Shown: one piece after another, positions 25,401 to 35,611 of the stretch
How positions within the stretch are numbered: the stretch's first letter is position 1
Layout: every line of letters starts with the position of its first letter
Source of the DNA: Nemertoderma westbladi
Lineage: Eukaryota > Animalia > Xenacoelomorpha
Assembly (NCBI GenBank): GCA_032718475.1
Contig: JAUCBJ010006490.1
Location: 1 to 47,192 of the forward strand
Length of the DNA stretch: 47,192 bases
Direction: 5' to 3'
Notes under the pieces: model-generated
The model's input: the letters and a program-made list of their open reading frames with translations, nothing else
Told to the model about the DNA's origin: nothing
Database searches by the model: none
Position numbers and translations under genes: made by a program

Positions 25401-26212
25401 TCGTGTGACGTCCAATGGTAAGGTAGGCTCGCGAGTCTTCCGCCCCATTCTTCCATCTCACCTTTCTCGAAAGTCTTGTAGGCTCTGTATAGGCTAAGAG
25501 CTTCTTTCTTTTCGCGGGTTGACTGATTTGCCTCGTCCAGCGTAAGTTCAAATACATCGGGTTCAACAACCTTAGGTGGGTAAATGACAGTTTCTCCCGC
25601 CTTTGGTCCGGTCATAGCAAATGAATGATATGGATTCGATAAAGGATACCCTCCTTCCTGGTAGCGTAGTTGTTGATGGTTCGAACACCTCGCCAATATC
25701 GGTTCGGGATTTTCCTTATTCAAACGCATCGGAATCGCATTTCGTTGTTCGCGCATACAAGAACCGCATTAATAATAAAGTTTATAAACTGAAAATGCTT
25801 CCTTGGTTTCTCTATCGTCCCCTCGAGTTCGTCTGTAAAGATGCATTCCATCAAATTCATCTCTTACCGCGGGCATAGGTTCGTGCGCCTTTAGGTATTG
25901 CATGGTATGATACAAACGACTAATTTCAGTATCGGGGTCTTCGCTAATGTCTCCCGTATCACACAAAGCGTCGTATGGGTAAAGTTCGTTGAAGGTTTTG
26001 CGCAAACTTTCGATTCTTTCGTTTAATGCATTTTGTCTTCTCTTTAATACATTTGAGTCATATTTAGTTCTCGCGAGTTTCGCTGTACTTTCCGATAATT
26101 CCTTTATACCGAATATAGTGTAGTCCTTGGCTCCAAATCTTTCGAATGGCGCTGCTGCCTCCTCTTGGATATCATATCCCCATCTCGGCTCTCCTTGTAT
26201 CCCTTTCTCCAT
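22487..26212 (-). CDS. E2 accessory ORF (147 aa + 1089 aa in one frame, one TAA): putative DEDDy 3'-5' exonuclease plus three CCHC zinc knuckles
   Basis: MFYDNEG (ExoI), TIQIR, MILDKTVVKIGSGVRED (ExoII), YVDTRPL, LQYYLAIE (ExoIII-like); CSKCGVAGHHMTKC, CGWCGDQGSHTFYTC, CTYCNIKGHRASEC; RG-rich basic tail. Confidence 0.7.
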
Positions 26213-26872
26213 AATTAGGGGTGTAGTTACATAATCATTACTACTAGAGGGAATACAACAGAGTTTGTAGTTAGTTGTGAGGAGACGTGAGAGTTTCGTC
26301 TGCCCTTTGGGCTCGACAACGCTCTAACCTCCTACCCATAGCCTAAGATCTAGGGTTTCTTTAATGACACGCTGCTTCTTATCTAAAATTTTTTGCCGAA
26401 ATAAAAACGAATTTGGGCTAAACTGGCTGTGAGTCTAAAATACTCACTTTTTGATCCCAAACTATTATCAGAAAATAAGCGATCAAGAATTAGTAATAAA
26501 TATAGGGGAGTCTATTTTGACGTAACTTATTGAAACAAGACCGTGTAAAATTTAATTAAAATTTTTAAGAAAGGCTCGCAAGTCTTCCTCTCTTGTTTCT
26601 CTAATTTTAAGTTCCACCCGACTGTACCCTGAAATCTATTCACTGGAGAAAATTTTAAAAATTTTTCAAATCCAAATGGATTGTCTAAAATTTCGAAATT
26701 GTCTCAATATTGTGAGTTCCAAGTAGAATTCCATTTCTTATACCTACAAATCCCGCTCCTATGTGACACATAAGGGTACTACCCTCAATGTTCACATATA
26801 AAGACAATGGAATTCTACCGCTGTCCTTACTACGGTGTACAGGTACGTGGAAATCTATTTGTAAACTCCTAA

Positions 26873-28024
26873 TTATTTACTAATATTTGGTGGAGATTTG
26901 TAGTCTCCAGACTCGTTACGAGTCTCTTCAAGAAGTACGAGACGTTGAGTCGGTCTGTCTACTGTACGACCGTCAATTGTCCGTACCGTAACAGTTCTTG
27001 TCACTCCATCCATAGATGGATGTGTGGCTAAAATTACACCTGTTATCCAGAAGCGTCTTTTTAGATTCACTTCCGCTAACAGCACGTGATCTCCCGGCTT
27101 TAATGCGCGGGTATTATTGTACCAAGTTGTTCTGGCAGAAATAGAGGGCAAATAATGGTTTTGCCATATTTCCCAGAATTTGTTAGCTAGTAGTTGCGTG
27201 ATTTTCCACGCTTTTCTACCGTAGCTATCGCCTTCTATTGGAATAGAAATAGGCGTCAAAGTCGTCGGTGCCTGCATTAGCAGGTGTGCCGGTGTCAAAG
27301 CAAACTGAGATTGTTTGTCATCGGGTACTAATACTATTGGTCTAGTATTTAGTATTGCCTCGATTTCAACAAACAGTGTTGTCAGTTGGTCGTCTGTCAA
27401 TATGTGGTTTACTGGAATGACTTTTGCCATGGCTGTCTTTATAGATCTAATCAATCTCTCCCAGACTCCGCCTCTCCATGGACTATCTGGAGGATTAAAC
27501 TTCCAAACAATCTTGTGAGGTTGTAGTTCGTTCGAGATTTGATCATGATCTAGTTTCTTAAAGGCTCTAGCAATCTCATTCCGAGCACCAACAAAGTTTG
27601 TCCCTTGGTCTGAGTACAAGCATTTCACTAGTCCGCGTCTAGCGATAAATCGCCGCAATGCTAGTATAAACGCGTTGGTGGAAAGATCCATCACACGTTC
27701 AATATGAACTGCCCTACTGGACATACATGTGAAAATCAGTCCCCAGCGTTTTACTAGTATACGTCCACGTTTCGTATGTATGGGACCAAAGCAATCAATT
27801 CCAGTCTCTGTAAAAGGTGGTCTGAATGCTTGAAGTTGTGCTTGTGGTAGTTCACTCATTTCTTGGGTACCTATTCTAGAATGTATCTTTTTACAAATAA
27901 TACACGTACGTGTCACTGAACTTAACGCTTTACTAGGTCTAATCAATACAAATCTTGTACGTAAGTAGGAAAGACAGTGGTGTCTTCCAGCGTGTTTCAG
28001 ATGTAAATGTGCGTCCAGTATCAT
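26873..28024 (-). CDS. Bel/Pao integrase (in frame with the upstream ORF)
   Basis: HLHLKH..CIIC zinc motif, GIDCFGP, SDQGTNF, GGVWERLI (DDE), LTPAHLL, FWEIW, DRPTQRLVLLE. Confidence 0.95.
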   Translation of the reverse strand: MILDAHLHLKHAGRHHCLSYLRTRFVLIRPSKALSSVTRTCIICKKIHSRIGTQEMSELPQAQLQAFRPPFTETGIDCFGPIHTKRGRILVKRWGLIFTCMSSRAVHIERVMDLSTNAFILALRRFIARRGLVKCLYSDQGTNFVGARNEIARAFKKLDHDQISNELQPHKIVWKFNPPDSPWRGGVWERLIRSIKTAMAKVIPVNHILTDDQLTTLFVEIEAILNTRPIVLVPDDKQSQFALTPAHLLMQAPTTLTPISIPIEGDSYGRKAWKITQLLANKFWEIWQNHYLPSISARTTWYNNTRALKPGDHVLLAEVNLKRRFWITGVILATHPSMDGVTRTVTVRTIDGRTVDRPTQRLVLLEETRNESGDYKSPPNISK

Positions 28025-28030
28025 TGCACG

Positions 28031-31000
28031 TTATAGTTCGTGATGTTGCGGTATTATTATTGGGTATCTAAAGTTTGTGTTGAAGTCAATGTTTTGAAGC
28101 CGAGATTTATGACAAATTAAGCCATTATAAATAATCGGACTCCAACTCAGTATTGGTGACGACTTGATTGGTTGACCTTGATTTATGGATGTGAATTCGC
28201 GCGCGAAATATCGCAGTTGGTAATGGCGAATTAATTTAATTTCACACCTGTCAATCTCAGCCAATGTAAGTCGACGTGTAAAGTCTCGTTTGCCTTTAAC
28301 GTATTGTACAAAACGTACAATCCACGCTAATTTTCGGCAAGCGTTCATCCAAGAGTCTGTTAAGTTTACAATACGGTCGACGTAAGTATTTGTGACGTCA
28401 TCAGGTAAGTCAATGGAGATTTTGGAAGGTTTTGATTTACTAGAAGGGCCCACGGGTCCGCCGGTAAGTATTCCCTTGTTGACTGTTGATCCGTCCGGGT
28501 CTACAAGTAATTTGTCCTTCTTCGTCTTCTTACCTTGGTTGTCAGTACTTTGTAAGTCGATCGTTAATGGTGGTTTGAACTCTATGGGGTCAGTGGGTTT
28601 CGGTAAACTTATTTTTCTGCCGACATTAATCCCAGGTCTCACCATAGGTTGCAAGTTTGGTATGTCTCTTGAGCGCAGAGTAACACCTGTATTTACATTA
28701 GCGTAGGTACTACCCACATCTGTAATACATGAGGTTTCACCGTGCTTATGGTTGCTCAAGTGTGTCAAAATTGGTAGTTTGTCAATACAAGGCCGCTCCA
28801 ATGGGGAAACTGCGGCTTTACTGTTAGTCAATACATTACTAATGTCCGGTAGAACATTTTGTGATGTTTCTGACAAAATGTCTAGTCGACTGTCTAGTAA
28901 TGTGTCTGGCGATACGTCTGGTAACGTATCTGGTTGTTTGTCAATAGAAGGCCGCTCCAATAGAGAAACTGCGGCTTTACTATTTGTCAGTATGCTACTA
29001 GTGTCTGGTAGAACATTTTGTGATATGTCTGGCAAAATGTCTGGTTGGCCGTCTAGTAACGTGTCTGGTTGACCGTCTGGCAATATGTCTGGTGTAGAAA
29101 GGCTCGCAAGTCTTCCTCTCTTGACCTTTGAAGTTATATCTTTCCATTTCGCCTTCGGTTTTTTCTTGAGTTTTGCCGCCGTCGTCTTTTTCTTTGCCTT
29201 CCCCTTTTTTGGTTTCTTGATTTCGGCGTCCTTAGGGATGGTGTTAGACTTGTTGTCGTATAACGGTGGCCAATTTAGTGTTGATCTTTGTAAGAATTGT
29301 GGTCCGTGTTGCCAAAATTCTTTGTTCTCCGGTTTACAGAATTCCTCAGGCATCATTCCTCGCGACGCAATATCGGCTGGGTTTTGTGGTCCGGGACAAT
29401 GTCGCCAATCCTCTTTTATTGAACGGTCTAGAATTTCTGCGCGACGGTTAGCTACGAATGTCTTGAATTCAAGTGTGTCGTTGTTTATGTAAAATAAAAC
29501 CAACGTCGCGTCAGTCCAATAAAATATCTGTAAACTTGACTGTAGTTCTGTCTGTATAAGGTTCACGATAGTGGTTGACAGGGTTGCGGCTTGTAGCTCA
29601 GCTCGTGGTGTCGTCATATACTTAGTAGGCATTGTTTTTACCTTGGAAGTAATGAGCGAAACATCGAATTCTTCTGAGTCTACTTGTCTGCGCAAGTACG
29701 CTGCTACACCAAAACCGTTGTCACTGGCGTCAGAAAAACAATGTAGTTCCAAGTTGTCAGGAAATGTAGTTTGTAATGGAAAGTAGACTCTGGGTATGGA
29801 ATAATCCTCTAGCAAAGATAATTCCGCCTCCCAGGTCTTCCATAAGTCCACTTGGTCTGATGAGATCGGCTCGTCCCATGTCAGTCCATCCTTCCAAATA
29901 CTGCGCATATAAATGCGGGCTTGCAGTATTGCTGGACTGATGAATCCTAATGGATCGAACAATCGGCTCAATTTTGACAAGCATGATCTCTTTGTCAGTG
30001 TGTTCTCTTGACTGTCCAGTCTCACCTTCACTCGAAAGTTGTCCGTGTTTGGGTCCCAAAAGAGCCCCAACACCTTGGTCGTCGGTAGTGGTTCGAACTC
30101 TAGGTCTATGTCACCACCTCCACGCTCAGTCGTTCCGAATGAGTCTACTAATTCGGCACTGTTTGAGGCGAATTTGGTGAGGTTGAAACCTCCGCCCGCT
30201 AAGCAGTCCCGTAATTGATGTGCTACTGTTGTAGCACGTTCTACTGTGTCGCAACTCTGTAAGCCGTCGTCGACGTAAAAGTCACGCTCCACAATCCTAA
30301 TTATCTCTGGGTCATACAGGTGTTTCTGATCCCTAGCGGCTTGTTTTAGGGCGTACATCGTGCAGTTTGGGCTGTCCCTGGTACCGAAAACGCGAACTTG
30401 CATTTGGTAAGTCGCCGGTGGTAGACTTAAGTCTCCTTCCGGGTACCAGAGGAACCGCAAACTGTCTCTGTCTCGCTCTAACGCTCTCACTTGGTGAAAC
30501 ATGGCTTCAACGTCACAAGTAAAAGCTACTTGATGCTGACGGAAGCGCATAATCACCCCCATAAGATAATTATTCATGTTTGGTCCATCCATCAACTCGC
30601 TATTGAGGGACATTCCCTCAAACAGAGCCGCACAGTCATTGACTACACGTACTTTGTCTGGTTTGTCGGGGTGTCTCACATAGTGATGTGGCAGGTAGTA
30701 TGTCTGGTTAGTCACTATCTCTGGGTTAGTCATTCGGATAGCGTATCCCTTAGTCAAATACGTCTCCATCTGAGTGTTGTACTGCAGATGGGCTTTCTCG
30801 TCCTTTAATAGACGTTGTCGTATTGAGTGTAGACGTCTTAAAGCTAGTGGGTAGTTATTTATAAGTTTAGGACTTTGGCTACGCCATAACATCCCCACCT
30901 CATAATGTCCATCTTTCGTCTGGCGGATAGTATTTTCCATGATCCTCAAAGATTGTTTCTCCTGTTCCGACATACAAGGTTCGTAGCTACCAGGTTCAGC

Positions 31001-34000
31001 TGTATCTTGTTCTAACCACCTGATAGTCTTCTCCGTTAATTCTTTGTCCAATACAGCTTGTTCCAATTGATGATTTCTCAACGCGTCATCATCGATATCG
31101 ACGGGCATTGTTGAGGTTGTTGGGGTAGGTAGACTCGCAAGCCTTCCGGCGTTATCATCTGTCGTCGATGGAATCTCTAGCTGACTCGTCTTCTCCCCAA
31201 GTTCTAAACTCCGCTGGTGAATTAGCTGCTCCTTGCGACTTATCATACTAGTTACACGTCTGTCATGTTTTGTCGACTGTAGTGTAGTATGGTCCACGTC
31301 GTGTGAAAAAGAATGAATTGAATTTGTAGTTAATAAACTACATGTACTTTGTACATCATCTTCCTCGTCACTTATGTCCAGTGTGCGCACAGGCGCTCGA
31401 GTATACCACCCTATCGGCGTTCTACAGGCGTATGCGTTTCCCGCTACGACTGCCGATGGTCTGGTTTCCCACACTTGATGCAGGTTGAATTGGTCCGTCC
31501 CGATCAGCATGGCTACCGACCTATAATTGACAGGACATTCAGGTACACCAAGGTGTCTGAAATACTTACGGTCCTCCAAGGATTGTTCTGGGACAGGACC
31601 TAGTAGGTTACTAAAGTCTTTTGTGGCCGCAAAAGTCAAATCCTTGAAGGGTAACAAAGACCTCTCCCTCTCGCTGTGTTGCGATTTTGGAAGAAGAGTG
31701 TCTAAGTCCAACTTAACTCGTGTCACTGGTATTGCACGTTGTCCGTGCATACTACTCACGGTATAACTGACGCGCTTACCTTGTCGGAGATCCGTCACTA
31801 CATCAGCTATCTTTTCATCCACGTAGCTGTGAGATGAGGCTGAATCCAGGATAGCGTAGATTCTCTTACTCCCCTTTGTGCCAGTAATCTTAATCGGAAT
31901 TACACTGAATCCCTTTAATTGGTCAGTAGTCAGAAGCGCGATCGATGGCTGTTCATCTCCATCCGAATATACGTCGTCGTCTTCTGACTCTTCGTCCGAC
32001 GATCCGGATTGTTCTGAGAAGCAATCCTCAATATGGGTCACGAAGGTTGGAGTCGTTTTCGATTCTCGTTTTCTGTAGGCCGCATCACATCTCGCTGCTG
32101 CTTCCGGGTGTTCCCTGGCGAAGCGTTTTGTCGGTGTGTGGCTGTCTGTGTGGAGCAGACCGTCGTGGTTGCGTCCACAGGATGGACAAGTGTCGGTATT
32201 TGGGCAATCTTTACGGACGTGTCCGTGTCGCGTACACCGCCAACAAGAGTCCAATGGCCGTATCTGCAGCCGACGTTCTTCCGAGTTTAACTCGCGAAAC
32301 TGTCGACAGCCTCTCAACTTGTGACCGATATACCGCTTGCCTAAATGCTCGCAGTATTGGCAGCCGCTGAAGTCGGTACTGAGTTGCTGTCTCGTCTGTT
32401 TTGTCCCAATGGGCGCAGATACCCTACTACCGTCCGAGAATTGTCGGGTTTCCGTCGGTGTGGCGTAAGTGGCCGTCTTGGTGGATGTTGTCTGGGGTTT
32501 TTGTCGGTTTGAGGATGGCAAGGTGATTCCTTCTGCCACGATGTGCTGGTCAGTGTAGTTGGATCGAGTTTCTACTACTGCTTCCCTGGATATCAAAAGG
32601 TACACATCCTCCAGTTTTAAGAATCCACCCCGCTCTTCCCGCTGGTATTCGATCTTTCTCCACTCCCGACGAAGTCGATGGTGGAGTCGTCCTATGATCT
32701 TTAATAGGACTGTAGGGGTATTCCCGTAGTCAAGTTGTCCAATGGATCTTAAAATAGTGATAGCGTTCTTTATCTCGTCAGCCAGTTTCAATAAGTCGAC
32801 GGGTTTAGTAATAGCCCCTCCCTTACAGAGTTCCTCTATCACTGACCTGGCCATGCTGACTGTGCCTCCGTATATCGAAGTTAAACGATCGTACGCTAGT
32901 TCGAAGGCGTCCGGTACACCAACGAAGGTCTCCGCCAAACGTTTAGGTTCTCCTGACAACGTTTGAAGCAGGTAATTAAACTTCTCCCGTGATGTAAAGG
33001 CGCACACGGCGATCTGAGATTCGATATAGTCTACGAAAGTGTGCCAGTGTTTTGAGCTACCGGAAAACTTCGGTGGTTGTTGTACCGGCAATCCCTGTCT
33101 GGCTGCGAATTTCGCTATCTCCTCGGCAACGTTCAGAGTTTCGCGTCCTTGGTTGGTAATCTGGTTGATGTTCTCCCTTCTTGGCGCTTTTCCCTGATAC
33201 GAAGTATGTTTTGAAGGTACCGGTCTTTGTGGTTCCTTCGGGTGTCTATTGTGTTCGAATTCAGTGTTCCTCGAACTATCGGTTTGAACTTCCTCCAGAC
33301 GTTCCTCAATCTGAGCCAACTTGTTAACAACTGGTCGCATGATGTCGGCGAACTGTTGTGTACTGATTGCGTCCGTTGGTTGTAACGCCTTCTGTGTTGG
33401 TGTATTCTGTGGAGGATTGTCTACAAAGGAGTTGTCTGAACGCTCGCGTTTATATTCATCGGCCGCCCCTGTTCTAAATACCTCGCGTTTCGGGTAATCC
33501 GATTCGCTCGAAGTACTACTATCATCTGGATATGGTGGTCGACGTGTTCGCGTCCGTTGCGTCGTACAAATTCTCACGTTTCGTTTTGGAACATCGTCCA
33601 CTGTTCTCCGTTGTTCGGTAGGCTCACAAGTCTTCCTCGAAGTCGTAGATTGCGATGTAAACTGGTTGAACGGTCGCGTATCCACTGGTCTCCGTTGTTC
33701 GGTAGGCTCACAAGTCTTCCTCGAAGTCGTAGATTGCGATGTAAACTGGTTGAACAGTCGCGTATCCACTGGTCTCCGTTGTTCGGTAGGCTCACAAGTC
33801 TTCCTCGAAGTCGTAGATTGCGATGTAAACTGGACCGGTGGTCGGACGACAGCGTTTGAATCCAAAGGCCTTGTTGGCCTAAACGTCATTGGGTAAGCGT
33901 AGTGTGTAACAGGTTTTGGCGTCAAAGGTGGACTCACCTGTTTAGTCGTCAGTAGTGCAGGTCCGACTAATAAACTACTACGATCTGTAATCGGTGCGTT

Positions 34001-34306
34001 ACTTACCTTAACTTTCGGAATAGGCGACGACGTTGCTCTTGGCGGTGTAAACTTGTCCGGAATAACAAACCTGTGTTCCGTCGCACCATGGATAGGAGAA
34101 ATATCACTGCTACCAGCAATCGAAACAGGTTCCTTAGTCATAACCGGTGCAAACATATGAGTTACCTGTGGGAATCGTTGACAAAAGTCTTTTACTAATT
34201 GTCGTTCCCGTCCGGGTGCTCCTACGCTTCCTTCCTTCTTTCGTTCCTGAATTTGGCGATGTCTTACCTCTATCTGGTCCAAGTCATGTCCGTCTCGAGA
34301 TCTCAT
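28031..34306 (-). CDS. Bel/Pao Gag-protease-RT-RNase H polyprotein
   Basis: PPKFSGSSKHWHTF gag core, three Cys/His knuckles, AILDSASS protease, YYLPHH, DVEAMFHQV, FYVDDG (RT), LFDPLG, ELHCFSDAS, NPADIASRG. Confidence 0.97.
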   Translation of the reverse strand: MRSRDGHDLDQIEVRHRQIQERKKEGSVGAPGRERQLVKDFCQRFPQVTHMFAPVMTKEPVSIAGSSDISPIHGATEHRFVIPDKFTPPRATSSPIPKVKVSNAPITDRSSLLVGPALLTTKQVSPPLTPKPVTHYAYPMTFRPTRPLDSNAVVRPPVQFTSQSTTSRKTCEPTEQRRPVDTRLFNQFTSQSTTSRKTCEPTEQRRPVDTRPFNQFTSQSTTSRKTCEPTEQRRTVDDVPKRNVRICTTQRTRTRRPPYPDDSSTSSESDYPKREVFRTGAADEYKRERSDNSFVDNPPQNTPTQKALQPTDAISTQQFADIMRPVVNKLAQIEERLEEVQTDSSRNTEFEHNRHPKEPQRPVPSKHTSYQGKAPRRENINQITNQGRETLNVAEEIAKFAARQGLPVQQPPKFSGSSKHWHTFVDYIESQIAVCAFTSREKFNYLLQTLSGEPKRLAETFVGVPDAFELAYDRLTSIYGGTVSMARSVIEELCKGGAITKPVDLLKLADEIKNAITILRSIGQLDYGNTPTVLLKIIGRLHHRLRREWRKIEYQREERGGFLKLEDVYLLISREAVVETRSNYTDQHIVAEGITLPSSNRQKPQTTSTKTATYATPTETRQFSDGSRVSAPIGTKQTRQQLSTDFSGCQYCEHLGKRYIGHKLRGCRQFRELNSEERRLQIRPLDSCWRCTRHGHVRKDCPNTDTCPSCGRNHDGLLHTDSHTPTKRFAREHPEAAARCDAAYRKRESKTTPTFVTHIEDCFSEQSGSSDEESEDDDVYSDGDEQPSIALLTTDQLKGFSVIPIKITGTKGSKRIYAILDSASSHSYVDEKIADVVTDLRQGKRVSYTVSSMHGQRAIPVTRVKLDLDTLLPKSQHSERERSLLPFKDLTFAATKDFSNLLGPVPEQSLEDRKYFRHLGVPECPVNYRSVAMLIGTDQFNLHQVWETRPSAVVAGNAYACRTPIGWYTRAPVRTLDISDEEDDVQSTCSLLTTNSIHSFSHDVDHTTLQSTKHDRRVTSMISRKEQLIHQRSLELGEKTSQLEIPSTTDDNAGRLASLPTPTTSTMPVDIDDDALRNHQLEQAVLDKELTEKTIRWLEQDTAEPGSYEPCMSEQEKQSLRIMENTIRQTKDGHYEVGMLWRSQSPKLINNYPLALRRLHSIRQRLLKDEKAHLQYNTQMETYLTKGYAIRMTNPEIVTNQTYYLPHHYVRHPDKPDKVRVVNDCAALFEGMSLNSELMDGPNMNNYLMGVIMRFRQHQVAFTCDVEAMFHQVRALERDRDSLRFLWYPEGDLSLPPATYQMQVRVFGTRDSPNCTMYALKQAARDQKHLYDPEIIRIVERDFYVDDGLQSCDTVERATTVAHQLRDCLAGGGFNLTKFASNSAELVDSFGTTERGGGDIDLEFEPLPTTKVLGLFWDPNTDNFRVKVRLDSQENTLTKRSCLSKLSRLFDPLGFISPAILQARIYMRSIWKDGLTWDEPISSDQVDLWKTWEAELSLLEDYSIPRVYFPLQTTFPDNLELHCFSDASDNGFGVAAYLRRQVDSEEFDVSLITSKVKTMPTKYMTTPRAELQAATLSTTIVNLIQTELQSSLQIFYWTDATLVLFYINNDTLEFKTFVANRRAEILDRSIKEDWRHCPGPQNPADIASRGMMPEEFCKPENKEFWQHGPQFLQRSTLNWPPLYDNKSNTIPKDAEIKKPKKGKAKKKTTAAKLKKKPKAKWKDITSKVKRGRLASLSTPDILPDGQPDTLLDGQPDILPDISQNVLPDTSSILTNSKAAVSLLERPSIDKQPDTLPDVSPDTLLDSRLDILSETSQNVLPDISNVLTNSKAAVSPLERPCIDKLPILTHLSNHKHGETSCITDVGSTYANVNTGVTLRSRDIPNLQPMVRPGINVGRKISLPKPTDPIEFKPPLTIDLQSTDNQGKKTKKDKLLVDPDGSTVNKGILTGGPVGPSSKSKPSKISIDLPDDVTNTYVDRIVNLTDSWMNACRKLAWIVRFVQYVKGKRDFTRRLTLAEIDRCEIKLIRHYQLRYFAREFTSINQGQPIKSSPILSWSPIIYNGLICHKSRLQNIDFNTNFRYPIIIPQHHEL
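28770..29092. repeat. 159-bp (53-aa) duplication with 24-bp subrepeats in the RH-IN linker
   Basis: GGCCGCTCCA at 28791 and 28950; PDTLLD..NSKAAVS.LERP twice. Confidence 0.9.
33590..33835. repeat. Three 84-bp (28-aa) tandem repeats in gag
   Basis: QFTSQSTTSRKTCEPTEQRR x3; markers at 33620, 33704, 33788. Confidence 0.95.
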
Positions 34307-34456
34307 TGATCGATCGCGGGCCTTTTGATCCAGATCTTCCTCGGCGTTCGCTAATTCTCTCGCCTTCTTCTCGAGTTCGAAATGAAGTTTAGCTGTCTTC
34401 TCTCGTTGTTCCGTTTGTTGTCGTTGCGCCTCAAACTCCGCTTGTCGTATAGCGGA

Positions 34457-35611
34457 TTAAGCTTTTATTTGCCGTGTTTTCATTTCGGCCCGTGCTTCCG
34501 AAACTAACCTTTCTCTTTCTAATTCCGCCGCTGCCGCTTGTCGCTCTGACTCGGCCGCTGCCGCTGCCGCTTGTCGCTCTGACTCGGCCGCTGCCGCTGC
34601 CGCTTGTCGGGCAATGTCTACCTCTAACCTTTCTACTTCAGCTGCTTCTAATTCAGCTTGTTCCTGTAGATGAGAGATTCTCGCTATATTCGCAACGCGT
34701 AGCTTCTCTTCCTCTACTTCTGCCTGCATCACTAGAAGTTGAGCTTGTTCCTCCATTTCTCGTCGTTGTCGGCAGAATTCTTGCTGTTGTCGAGCAACTT
34801 CTGACGTGACCATACTTCCCTCGCAGATTTCGCTACGAATACTCACCAGTGATTGATTTAGTGTTCCCGGTGCCAGTTCGATTTGTGCGAGCGAAGTTTC
34901 CCTCGTAGCCTCCGGCACGGTTTCCCAATCTCCGACGTCCTCGCCGCACATGCGTAAGTGATCCGTCAGGTGTTTCAATTGTCCATCCAGTCGGTACAGT
35001 TCCTGTTCTTCCTCGGGCTGTAATAATTCGTCCGAAACTGACTCACCTAACAACTGGTCCGCTTGTTCCTGTTGTATCTGCCTAATCGTCGACTTAAACT
35101 GAATCAGTTTCTCTCTAGCGATCATTAGTTTCTCGAGGATTCTAAGTTGAGTATCCATGTCCTGTCTCTGTCTAGCTAGATCTTGTAGACCAATTAGGTT
35201 ATCTATGGACTTGTGTACTCTACTTTGTACTCTAACCTGGAGGGTGTAGAACTCGAATCGAGACATCGGAGCGGTCAACTCGTCTAATATGCGTTGGCCT
35301 TCTCCAATACTCCTGGTTATATGCGCCATGTATCCTCCGACGCTTCTAACCACACTTTCTGTGCTTCCTGCTGAACTTACCAATTCCGTTTCCCTGTATC
35401 TAGGTTGCGGAACAGTTAGAAAGTCCTCGGTCCTGCCGTCGCCTCGTACTACGGCATCCGGTACTCCCATTGGATGTACTGGTGACGCACACGGTGTAGG
35501 TTCGGTAGGCTCGCGAGTCTTCCCCTGTTGTTCTTCCGCTGCTGACTTATCCGCGTCACATGAGTCATAGTCGGTAGGTGTATTCTTCGTATAGTCTTGT
35601 TTGTCACTCAT
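34457..35611 (-). CDS. N-terminal coiled-coil part of E2 Gag (in frame with the 2091-aa ORF)
   Basis: E/Q/A/R-rich; after the TAA at 34457-34459, 50 sense codons (SAIRQAEFEAQRQQ...DRS) lead into the next ORF. Confidence 0.85.
   Translation of the reverse strand: MSDKQDYTKNTPTDYDSCDADKSAAEEQQGKTREPTEPTPCASPVHPMGVPDAVVRGDGRTEDFLTVPQPRYRETELVSSAGSTESVVRSVGGYMAHITRSIGEGQRILDELTAPMSRFEFYTLQVRVQSRVHKSIDNLIGLQDLARQRQDMDTQLRILEKLMIAREKLIQFKSTIRQIQQEQADQLLGESVSDELLQPEEEQELYRLDGQLKHLTDHLRMCGEDVGDWETVPEATRETSLAQIELAPGTLNQSLVSIRSEICEGSMVTSEVARQQQEFCRQRREMEEQAQLLVMQAEVEEEKLRVANIARISHLQEQAELEAAEVERLEVDIARQAAAAAAESERQAAAAAAESERQAAAAELERERLVSEARAEMKTRQIKA

Noticed and set aside
22487-25756. Envelope gene
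   Set aside because: No evident signal peptide or transmembrane anchor; motifs indicate a nuclease with zinc knuckles.
33590-33835. Regular repeats resembling a CRISPR array
   Set aside because: Whole 84-bp units repeat without unique spacers, in frame within gag; the context is eukaryotic with no cas genes.
25769-34459. TAA reassigned to a sense codon
   Set aside because: The integrase ORF ends at TAA shortly after its expected C-terminal motif, and TAA is otherwise absent from thousands of codons.
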